Assembly: GCA_951406725.2 (NCBI GenBank)
Contig: OX597819.1
Coordinates: 122,264,001-122,328,000, forward strand
Direction: 5' to 3'
Source of the DNA: Octopus vulgaris
Lineage: Eukaryota
Length of the DNA stretch: 64,000 bases
Below, in pieces: positions 21,811-64,000 of this stretch (its first letter is position 1; each line of letters begins with the position of its first letter). Position numbers and translations under genes: made by a program. The notes beneath the pieces are model-generated. The model searched no databases and was not told the DNA's origin. It worked only from the letters and a program-made list of their open reading frames with translations.

Positions 21811-23044
21811 TATATATATAGATAGATAGATATACACCCATACATATGTGTGTGGGTGGGGTGTATATATCACAGCCTTATCTCAGATTACATTAATCTG
21901 ACAGATATCAGTTTCCAGAAAATATCCCACTGTTTTCACAGATACTCTTTATTCTTATTCTTATACTTTTTTACTTGTTTCAGTCATTTGACTGTGGCCA
22001 TGCTGGAGCACTGCCTCTAGTCAAACAAATCAAACCCAGGACTTGTTTTTGGCAAGCCTAGTGCCTATTCTATCGGCCTCTGTTTTTGTTGAACAGCTAA
22101 GTTATGGGGACATAAACACACCAACATCAGCTATCAAGCGATAGTTGGCGGACAAACACAAACACACACATATACGGTGGGCTTCTTTCAGTTTCCATCT
22201 ATCAAGTCCACTTAGAAGGCTTTGGTTGGCCTGAGGCTATTGTAAAAGACACTTGCCCAAGGTGCCACACAGTGGGACTGAACCCAGAACCATGTGGTTG
22301 GTAAGCAAGCTACTTACCACACATCCACGCTGCATATGTCATTTCAATAGTTATCACATGCTTCCACAAGTCCCACCACCAAAACAAGAGCTATATTCTG
22401 TGGCTGAACTATCCAAAGAATCTTATTACAGTTTGGATAGTTCTTCAGTAAATTTATATATTTGCAATTAATTTGTTGGAGCAAGTCCCACTTTCATACC
22501 TGGGGGGACAGACAGGGACACACACACTATTTCTTGTAAATTTCCAACTTAATTAAGAAGCTGGAATAAGTTGATGAAAACAAGTACAGAACAACTGCTC
22601 TGATAATATGCAAATATTCCAAAATTTAATTAATTAACAAATCATACCAAAAAAAAAAATATTTACAAAAACCTGCCCTTCTTAATACTGGTTTCAAATT
22701 TTGGCACAAGGCCAGCAACACACACACAAACACTCACACACACAAGCAGACACAAACATGTCCCTTCCCTACACACACAATATCCATGAACTCAGGCTTT
22801 GCAACCTCAATTTGCTTGACCGCCAATCAACTTCTCCCTGCCCATACAGTATGTATATACTGTTTCAATGGACATATATATGTATACATTCACACAAAAC
22901 TACACACTTGTATATAAACACATACACACACACACACTCTCACATATAAAACAATGGGCATGAGTTCGCATCTATGCATGTGTGTCTCTGGACGCAGACA
23001 CAAAAACGGAGTGTCATTGTGCATGGGTTGGCACTCTGGATGCT

Positions 23045-54286
<31,242 letters not shown>

Positions 54287-54859
54287 CTGAAAATATAATT
54301 GAAGGGATCAAATTACCGTTAGTGAATGAAACAGACATCAGCTAACAGTTTGTGCTGGACTAGATGGGAAGCAGATGCATTCAGTAACTGCACTGGACAT
54401 TAATTAACAATAGTTAATAGTGGACAATGATTGATGAAGACAACAGCAGGCTGAAATACAGAATCCAAAAGTTGATACACACAATTATTTACAGCTTTAG
54501 CTACTTTGAATTCCAATGACAAAAATGAATGATTTCACGTTCTCTTGAAGTTTCTAAATTCTTATGACATGAACAACATAAATTCTCATTGATAAGAGCA
54601 AGATTTCTAAAATAGAGAAATTGAAAGGGTTGCTTTGGTCCAATGGTAGAACATCTGTCATATTTACAAAAGACGTTGCTTCAAATCCTATGAGCAACCT
54701 TAGACTTTTGCTATTCAAAAAAGTATTTTTCAACCCCAAATTTACATGCCATTATTTATGGTTTTATCTCCTTTGAGTTCCATCATTAAAAATGAATAAT
54801 AATTAATTTTCAATGATAAATTTTCACAGGTGCAGGCATGGCTGCGTGGTAAGAAGCTG

Positions 54860-55088
54860 GAAGGCGGCGAGCTGGCAGAAACTCTAGCATGCCGGGCGAA
54901 ATGCTTAGTGGTATTTCGTCTGCTGCTATGTTCAAATTCTGCTGAGGTTGACTTTGCTTTTCATTCTTTCGGGGTCGATGAAATAAGTACCAGTTACGCA
55001 CTGGGGTCGATATAATCGACTTAATCCATTTGTCTGTCCTTGTTTGTCCCCTCTGTGTGTAGCCCCTTGTGGGCAGTAAAGAAATAAG
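54860..55088 (+). mobile_element. SINE family 2, representative copy (also 358-572, 7950-8170, 25180-25537, 51843-52240, 56454-56870 on -)
   Basis: GGCGGCGAGCTGGCAGAA...GTTCAAATTC...CTTTCGGGGTCGAT...AAGTACCAG; many copies, often in tandem. Confidence 0.85.
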
Positions 55089-55406
55089 AAGCTTACTTCC
55101 TAGCCACTTGGTTCCGGGTTCAGTCCCACTGCATGGTACCTTGAGAGAGTGTCTTCTACTATAGCCCCAGGTTGACCAAAGCCTTGTGAGTGGATTTGGC
55201 AGACAGAAACTGAAAGAAGCCTGTGGTATACACATGCATATAAATACCTATGTGTGTGTCTTTTTGTCAGTGTTTGTCCTCTGCCATCACTTGACAAGCT
55301 GGTAGTGGTGGGTTTATGCCCACATGATCTAGCGGTTCAACAAAAGGGATTGAGAAACTAGGTACCAGGCTTGAAAGAAAACCAAATACTAGGGTTGATT
55401 CATTTG

Positions 55407-57850
55407 GGGCCATGTCTTTTCATTTGACATCAGTTCGTCAGACATCTTTTGGTCCGACGTCACTTCGTCAAACGTCTTTTCATCCACGTCTTTTGGTCAG
55501 ACATTTTTTCATCATCATCATCATCATCGTTTAACGTCCACTTTCCATGCTAGCATGGGTTGGACGATTTTGACTGAAGGCTGGCAAACCAGATGGCTGC
55601 ACCAGGCTCCAATCTTGATTTGGCAGAGTTTCTACAGCTGGACGCCCTTCCTAACGCCAACCACTCCGAGAGTGTAGTGGGTGCTTTTTACATGCCAGAT
55701 TTTCTTTGTCCAACGACTTTTTGTCCAATTTTAAATAAATTCTTTAGAAAACAAGGTGAAATATCTCTAATGATATATTCACAGAACTATAACGAGCCTC
55801 GTTAAAGGATTATTATTATCGTTCTTTTTCCTTCTCTGTTAATAGTTTTACTTCCTCTTTTTCCTTTTCTCTCTTTAATACGGTGCTGTGTATAGAGAGT
55901 GCTGCAAATTTAGTGTACACATTTTTAATTTACCCATCCTGAAATGACAAAATTCTTAGTATCGACCAAGAGCAAAAGAAAAGTCGATGAAAGTAATTAC
56001 AGCCATGATTTTCATTCAAGCAATACAAAACTAGGAAAAGAATACTGGACATATGAAAAAAAGAAGGCTGTATTCAGTGCGAATTCACATGGTAACGGAA
56101 AACAATGAGCCGAAAATTATTTATTTTTCTAGTGAGCACATCCATCTAGTTGATGAAGATTCATTAAATGCAAGGAAAACAGTTTCAGAAATCAAGCATG
56201 AAGTGGTGGAAAACATAGCAGCAAGTTCGTGCAGCATAATAGTGGCTAAGTTTACGCAGCTAACAGAAAATACTTGCCCTTAACTTCCTCATTTGCCTGT
56301 ACTTTCAAGGACTGTTCAAAGGAGCTGACAAAAAAATTCTGAATTTGGTAAACTTGATAATGGTAAACAGTTTCTGCGATACAAATCAGGTATTGAGAAT
56401 CAACGGCGCATACTAGTATTTGCATGAGAAAGTGCTCTTCGGGATATAACACCTATTTCTTTACTACCCACAAGGGGCTAAACACAGAGGGGAAGAACAA
56501 GGACAGACACACGGATTAAGCCGATTACATCAACCCCAGTGCGTAACTGGTACTTATTTAATCAACTCCTAAGGGATGACAGGCAAAGTCGACCTCGGCG
56601 GAATTTGAACTCAGAACATAGCGATAGATGAAATACCTATTTCTTTACTACCCACAAGGGACTAAACACAGAGGGGACGAACAAGGACAGACACACGAAT
56701 TAAGTTGATTATATCAACCCCAGTGCGTAACTGGTACTTAATTTATCGACCCTGGAAGGATGAAAGGCAAAGTCGACCTCAGTGGAATTTGAACTCAGAA
56801 CGTAACGGCAGACGAAATACCACTAAGCATTTCGTCCGGCGTGCTAACGTTTCTGCCAGCTCGCCGCCTTCGGGATATAACACCTTTTCATCATTGGGCA
56901 TGTGGTGCCCCAGCATAGCCACAGTCTAATGATTGTAAAAAAATAAAAGCCAGTAATCAGGAAGTTTTTTTTTTATTAATTTCTTAATTATTTTCAAAAT
57001 TAGTTAGAAAAAATTAAGAACATGTTTCAACTGATATACCCTCCAGCCTTCATCAGGTGTCTTGGGTGTTATATCGAGAAGATACGTCAAATACATGTAC
57101 ATGATATTGAAGAATAACTGAACATCTCAAAAGATTGGTCATTGAATATGGGTCAACAAGAAATATTGATTTTTCAAAGAGTGTGACATAGAATTTGCAT
57201 CAGTTTTAAGTGATCACAATAAATCATTATTTATATCTAATTACTTTTTTAATTAAACTTTTTTCCATAGTATTTTATTTCAATCCTATCAATAAAATTC
57301 TCAATGATTGACACACAAATTCGTGAAGCATTCCATATTTTTATTCGAGGGCCTCCGTGCTGGTGGCACGTAAAAAACATCATTCGAGCGTGATTGTTAC
57401 CAGCATCGCCTTACTGGCACCCGCGCCGGTGGCACGTGTAAAAGATTCGAGTGAGGTCGTTACCAGCATTGCCTTACTGGCACCTGTGCCTGTGGCATGT
57501 GTAAAATATTTGAGCGAGGTCGTTGCCAGTGCCGCCTGACTGGCCCCGTGCCGGTGGCATGTAAAAGCACCCGCTACACTCTCGGAGTGGTTGGCGTGAG
57601 GAAGGGCATCCAGCTGTAGAAACTGTGCCAGACCAAGATTGGAGCCTGGTGCAGCCATCTGGTTCGCCAGCCCTCAGTCACACGTCCAACCCATGCTAGC
57701 ATGGAAAGCGGACGTTAAACGATGATGATGATGATTTTCCTCTTGTTTTCTAATGAGTTTATTTACAATTGGACAAAAAAATTATCAGACAAAAAGACGT
57801 TGGACCAAAAGACATGGCCAAAGTGACATCGGACGAAAAGTCAGATCAGG
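55407..57850 (+). mobile_element. Decayed Mutator-like element with a FLYWCH-like ORF remnant (~55943-56450) and nested SINEs
   Basis: Inverted subterminal repeats (TCTTTTGGTCC.ACGTC); flanks GATTCATTTG/GATTCCTTTG split a SINE; remnant KEYWTYEK.RLYSVRIH...SEHIH. Confidence 0.55.
57350..57734 (+). mobile_element. SINE/LINE-tail family 3 with (GAT)n tail and internal GGTGGCACGTAAAAAGCACC repeats, representative copy (also 1585-1910, 16216-16541, 20605-20878, 45134-45485, 59090-59465)
   Basis: Common 3' end CCAACCCATGCTAGCATGGAAAGCGGACGTTAAACGATGATGAT; variable 5' truncation; source of most spurious [11 protein letters not shown] ORFs. Confidence 0.85.
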
Positions 57851-60575
57851 GATTCCTTTGACTAAAATTCTGCAAGGTGGTGCCCCAGCATGGTCGCAAT
57901 CTAATGACTAAAACAACTTAAAGATAAAAGACAGAAGATGAAAATGATGAAGAATTAAAAGCTACACATTTAGTAATTAAACTTTGTTGTTAATTAATAT
58001 CATTAAGCTGGTGTTGGGAAGCAAAATTATTTTGGAAGGTTTTCAATTAGCCATATTTCTGCTGAAATACACAACCTTTTGTTTTTCTTAATTAATTTTG
58101 AAAATAATTAAGAAATTAATAAAAAAAAAAACTTCCTGATTATTATCTTTTACTTTTTTTTACAGTCATTAGTCTGTGGCCATGCTGGGGCACCACCTGG
58201 AAGAATTTTGGGATGAATGAACTGACCCTAGTATTTATCTATTTTTTATACCTGGTACTTATTCTATCAATCTCCTTTTGCTGAACTGCTAAGTTATAGG
58301 AACATAAAAACACCATGTGTTACCAGGTGCTGGTGGGCAAACATAGACATGACAGTTCTTTATTTAAGAGATGAGAAATTATTTACATTATTTACATTTG
58401 ATGGATATTTGTCCTCATCTTGTTTGTTGTTAACACAACGTTTCGGCTGATATACCCTCCAGTCTTCACTTCATCGGGTGTCTTGGGGAAATTTCAAACC
58501 TGGGTTCTCATTCCTAAGGTATTTTTCAATGTTATTATTATTATTATAAATAATAATAATAATATTATTAAGGGGTAGCTGGAGTCGGAGTCAGTTGGCA
58601 CTTCCAACTCCGACTTCTCTTTATGTAATCAAGTGATTGTGGTCTCCACACCTCATAAAGCATATGCATACGCTTGTACTTTGAGTAGGCCTAAATGTTA
58701 ATACTGGTTTGTATTAAAGAATAAGGGGCATTGTGAGTCAGAGTCAAAGTCGGTATAGTTTTACTAACTCCCGACTCCAGCTACCCCTTAATTGTTTCCG
58801 ACTCTGACTCCACAGCCCTAGTTGAGACAAGTGTTCTTAGACACCACACTACCAATTTCTTCTACAAAATCATGATTACTGTAGCTCATCTTAGATATGA
58901 GCCCCAGGAGGTGAGATGGCTGTTGCAGCAGGTGTTGATGGCCATTGTCAGCACCAATGCCATTGAGGTCATGTCCATTTGTTCTGGGGTGTACATTCTG
59001 TTACTCCCTACCCCCCCCCCCATCTTCTGCTACTCAATCCTCACCCCACCACCAATTTTTCTTTTTCTTTTTCTTGTTTTCTTATTATGATCATCATCAT
59101 CATTTAGCGTCCGCGTTCCATGCTAGCATGGGTTGGATGGTTCAACTGGGGTCTGGGAAGCCAGAAGGCTGCGCCAGAAGGCTGCGCCAGGCCCAGTTTG
59201 ATCTGGCAATGTTTCTACGGCTGGATGCCCTTCCTAACGCAAACCACTCCATGAGTGTAGTGGGTGCTTTTACGTGCCACTGGCACAGGTGCCAGACAAG
59301 TCTGGCAAACGGCCACGATCGGATGGTGCTTTTTATGTGCCACCGGCACGGGGGCCAGGCGAGGCTGGCAAACGGCCACGATTGGATGGTGCTTTTTATG
59401 TGCCACCGGCACGGGGGCCAGGCGAGGCTGGCAACGGCCACGAACAGATGGTGCTTTTTATGTGCTAGTTATGGTTTTTCTCTCAATAATTTGACCTTTT
59501 AGACTTTTAATATCTTTTCCCTTTCTTTAACAGAACTGGAGGGCAGGAACAAACCAAGATGTGGGCAGTAACTGGACAGTGGGCAACAGAAGTGAGTAAC
59601 TGGACATCAGCTAAAAATGGAAGTTGGCAGTTTAGTAGCTGAGGGCTGGGTACTAACTGGACAATAACTAACAAGCCAAAGTGGATAGCAATTCAGAGCC
59701 TATAGCAGAAATGGGCGGTAATTAAATGAGGGCAGGGCAAAAAATAGGAATACTCAATAGTGAAAATGGGCTGGAACAAACAGATGAATGGATGGTCAGT
59801 AACAACCAATAGGATGAGGGGAAAATAGTTTCATCAATAAGTGAAAAGGAATTATTGATCAACCCAGTTCCTTCTTGCTACTGTAACATAACAAAAACTT
59901 GTTATCTCTAAAAAATAGCATATCAGTAGAATATTTTTAATACTCTTACTCTAGTTTATATAACACTGGTTATAAAATATTCATTAGAGATAATATCATT
60001 GAGAATAATACAATATTGGTATACTTTATAATTAGATATACTGTTTACAGCAAGAAATTACTTATCTTTACTTGTTTCAGTCATTTGACTGCGGCCATGC
60101 TGGAGCACCACCTTTAATCGATCAACTCGACCCCGGGACTTATTCTTTTGTAAGCCCAGTACTCATTCTATCGGTCTCTTTTGCCGAACCACTAAGTGAC
60201 GGGGACGTAAACACACCAGCATCGGTTGTCAAGCAATGCTAGGGGGACAAACACAGACACACAAACACACACACACATACATATATACGACGGGCTTCTT
60301 TCAGTTTCCGTCTACCAAATCCACTCACAAGGCTTTGGTCGGCCCAAGGCTATAGTAGAAGACACTTGCCCAAGATGCCACACAGTGGGACTGAACCCAG
60401 AACCATGTGGTCGGTTAGCAAGCTACCTACCACACAGCCGCTCCTCAACCTAATACTGACTCTAGTTTATATAACCTGGTTATAAAATATTCATTAGAGA
60501 TGATATCATTGAAAATTATACAATATTGGTATACTGTATAATTAGATATACTGTTTACAGCTGGAAATTACTTAC

Positions 60576-60601
60576 AGATATTTTATGGTGAAATGTGTCA
60601 T
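60576..60601 (-). CDS. GUF1: Candidate GUF1 start exon (MTHFTIKYL)
   Basis: ATG followed after 26 nt by gtaagt; the phase-2 end matches the 54286 exon. No homology support. Confidence 0.3.
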
Positions 60602-61185
60602 GTTATACACATACATACATATCTGTGTGTGTGTGTGAGTATGTAGATAAGAAACTCAATTCCAAAGATGATATCTTGGGTTCAGTTCCACCATATGGCA
60701 CCACTTTAGGCAAATGTCTTCTACTGTAATTCTAGGCTGACCAATGCCTGCCTTACAAGTGGATTTGGTGGATAGAAACTCAAAGAAGCCTGTCATATAC
60801 AGGCATAGCTGTTGTGGTAAGGAGCTTGCTTCCCAGCCACATGGTACCGGGTTCAGTCCCACTGCGTGGCACCTTGGGCAAGTGTCTTCTACTATAGCCT
60901 TGGGCTGACCAAAGTCTTGTGAGTGGATTTGATAGAGGGAAACTGAAAGAAGCACATTGCATATATATATATGCCAGCTTTGTCTGGCACCTGTGCAGGT
61001 GGCACGTAAAAAGCACCCACTACACTCACGGAGTGGTTGGCGTTAGGAAGGGCATCCAACCGTAGAAACACTGCCAAATCTGACTGGGCCTGATGAAGCC
61101 TTCCGGCTTCACAGACCCCAGTTGAACCGTCCAACCCATGCTAGCATGGAAAGCGGACGTTAAACGATGATGATGATGATGATGA

Positions 61186-61234
<49 letters not shown>

Positions 61235-61376
61235 AATGTTTATGTACATATCTATACGCATGTATGTATACACACTGAAACATCTACCAGTGTAGACTGA
61301 AGCTATTTAGCTGAGAGGAAGAATCAATAACATTTTTGTTTCGCTTCTACTGACCCTTCTCTTGTAGCTTTAACAG

Positions 61377-61411
<35 letters not shown>

Positions 61412-61885
61412 AAAGTTGTTGGTCTGGCCCAGAATGAGAGCAATGTTGCTGCTCAGAGTTACAAAGAAATCTGCCACAAGAGATTTTTCAAGAAGGATTA
61501 GCAGCTATTTCTGTATTTCTTTCTTGGTGTTTGTTTTCTTTTTCTTTCTTTCTTTTTCTTTTTTTTTTTTGATTTTTTTTTTGTAAACATAGTCCACTTG
61601 TTTTGTTAGATGGAAGCTCAATAATAACAACAACAACAACAACAACGATAATGATGATGGTGATGATGATAACAATAATGATAAAAAGAAGCACAACAAA
61701 GATAATGATAATAAAAACAAACAAAAGACATCAACAACAACAATAATAAAAATTTTAAAAAAAAAGCAAAAAAAAAGCGAAGGAGAGGAATGCCATAATG
61801 ATGATTGAACACAGCTGGTTTATTGTTTAAATTCTGAAGAGAGATTAATCACATGCAGCTTAATTTTCAACTTGATTGAGAAAAG

Positions 61886-61886
61886 A

Positions 61887-61922
<36 letters not shown>

Positions 61923-61926
61923 AACA

Positions 61927-61961
<35 letters not shown>

Positions 61962-61992
61962 AACTACTACTACAACTACTACTACAACAACA

Positions 61993-62033
<41 letters not shown>

Positions 62034-62098
62034 TACCACCAACACCACTACCACTACTACTACTACTACTACTACTAATAATAATGATAATAATAATA

Positions 62099-62129
<31 letters not shown>

Positions 62130-62180
62130 TAATAATAAAATAATAATAATGATAATAATAATAAAATAATAATAATGATA

Positions 62181-62213
<33 letters not shown>

Positions 62214-62358
62214 AAAAATAATAATAATGATAATAATAATAATAATAATGATAATAATAATAATAATAAAATAATAATAATGATAATAATAATAATAATA
62301 ATAATAAAATAATAATAATGATAATAATAATAATAATAATAATGATGATGATGATGAT
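61886..62358. repeat. Compound (ACT)n/(AAT)n/(GAT)n microsatellite
   Basis: Direct reading. Confidence 0.95.
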
Positions 62359-62824
62359 AAAAACAGAAACAAACAAAAAGGAAAAAGAAGAAGAAAAAAC
62401 TCAAAGCTGTCATTTTTGGTTAGTTATAGGTATTATTAGAGAAAATTGGTATCTGGCATTGCAGTTCATTGGCTAGTTCTTTCTCACCGAATTAAGTCTA
62501 CAAGAGCGAATGCCAGATTCCAGATTGAAACAATTTTGCTTGTATCAATAATGTCTTGGGAAAAGAATGGATGTCACAGCTTTCATGTTTAATTCTCTAT
62601 AAACCTAAAACCCCATGTCCCTACCCTTGAGAGAAAGAAGGAAAAAAAAAAAAATGGAATTTAGAATTTATTGCTTAACCCTTTAGTGTTTAGAGTAACC
62701 ATATCTGGACCAAATGTTCTACCTGTTTTGTTTTAACCAGCCAGATCCGGTCTCTTGTGCCTACCTTAATGTGATTTTTCATTCTAAAAATGAACAATCA
62801 CATTAAAGAAATCTTGAAGCAAGA

Positions 62825-64000
62825 TTAACCCTTTCGTTATTTCTTTTGAGATGATCTGTTTCTTTCAGTTAATTTTAAATATAACAAAGAATTTAGTAAA
62901 ATAACTTGGTTATCATTCAGCTAGTGTTAGGAGCATAAATTGTGACTAAGGTTTGGTGGAAGATTTTAATTCAAAACTTATGAAAACAAGACATTTGTAC
63001 TCAGAACCAGAGCCGGTTTCAGCCAGGTTGGTATCAAAAGGGTTAAATTAATCATTTTTTAACCCTTTTGTAACTATATTTCTATTGAGACACTCTGTGT
63101 TTCTTTCAATTAATTTTAAATATAACAAAGAATTTAGTAAAATAACTTAGTTGTCATTAAGCTAGATTTAGGAACATAAATTGTGACTAAGGTTTGGTGG
63201 AAGATTTTAATTCAAGACTTTATGAAAACAAGGCATTTGTATTACATAGCCAGAGGTGGTTTCAGCAAGGTTGGTATCAAGCGGGTTAAGAATTGTTTCT
63301 CTGTTATAAATTTTCACACTTTTGTTAACATATTTCATTTTTTCATTTAATTTTAAATATAACAAAGAATTTATTAAAATACCTCAGTTATCATTAAGCT
63401 AGTGTTAGGAGCATAAATTGTGACTTAGGTTTGGTGGAAGATTTTAGTTCAGAACTCATGAAAACAAGACATTTGTACTACAGAACCAGAGTCAGTTTCA
63501 GCCAAGTTGGTATCAAAAGAGTTAAGAATTGTTTCTCTTTTATATATTTTCCCACTTTTGTTAACATATTTCTGTTGAGACGCTGTGTTTTTTTTCATTT
63601 AATTTTAAATATAACACAGAATTCAGTAAAATAACTTAGGAACATAAATTGTGACTAAGGTTTGGTGGAAGATTTTAATTCATAACTAATGAAAACAAGA
63701 CATTTGTACTACGGAGCCAAAGGCGGTTTCAACCAAGTTGGTATCAAAAGGGTTAAGAATTGTTTCTCTATTATATATTCTAACCCTTTTGTTACCTTAT
63801 TTCTGTTGAGACATTCTGTGTTACTTTCAATTAATTTTAAACTTAACTAAGAATTTTAGTAAAATAACTCAATTATCATTAAGCTAGTGTTAAGAACATA
63901 AATTGTGACTAAGGTTTAGTGTAAGATTTTAAATCAGAACTTATGGAAACAAGACATTTGTACTACAGAACCAGAGGTGGTTTCAGCTGGGTTGGCATCG
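62825..64000. repeat. Tandem array (~5 units, ~230 bp) of a TTAA-flanked, piggyBac-like MITE
   Basis: Units start TTAACCCTTT and end GGTATCAAAAGGGTTAA; a shared core AAATTGTGACT(A/T)AGGTTT recurs at ~62937, 63178, 63415, 63646, 63901. Confidence 0.75.

Noticed and set aside
55933-56030. Alternative GUF1 upstream exon (open frame, phase-2 donor)
   Set aside because: No in-frame ATG, not transit-peptide-like, and it lies antisense within the FLYWCH/Mutator-like remnant
57350-57570. Regularly spaced GGTGGCACGTAAAA repeats resembling repeat-spacer arrays
   Set aside because: Internal subrepeats of SINE family 3; the intervening sequences are homologous to each other and recur across copies
61860-62413. 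Poly-Tyr/Thr/Ser/Val ORFs
   Set aside because: Compound trinucleotide microsatellite

Overview
Eukaryotic, AT-rich, repeat-dense genomic DNA. The SINE families and microsatellite load look like an octopus/cephalopod genome; this is inference, not a database result. Two spliced nuclear genes for mitochondrial translation lie in tandem on the minus strand: GUF1 (mitochondrial EF4/LepA; 17 phase-consistent exons, 54286->23045, plus a tentative first exon at 60601-60576) and the first six coding exons of RARS2 (9769->154, continuing off the window). Most ORFs in the supplied track are SINE or microsatellite artefacts. The most interesting region is the intergenic 16.5-21.4 kb: two decayed, homologous APE-type LINE 5' halves whose ORF1 combines a Myb/SANT-like (trihelix) domain with CCCH zinc fingers, joined to ORF2 through a conserved T-run that in one copy is a textbook -1 frameshift heptamer (U UUU UUA). 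Also present: several Penelope-type hammerhead ribozyme motifs (one intact at 4476-4557, one fold-back pair at 21638-21810), TAA-targeting Dong/R4-like LINE tails with a putative non-autonomous partner, two Helitrons, Tc1/mariner, hAT-like, Mutator-like and piggyBac-like elements, a CR1 tail, and a 2.8-kb (AAT)n array with higher-order structure.
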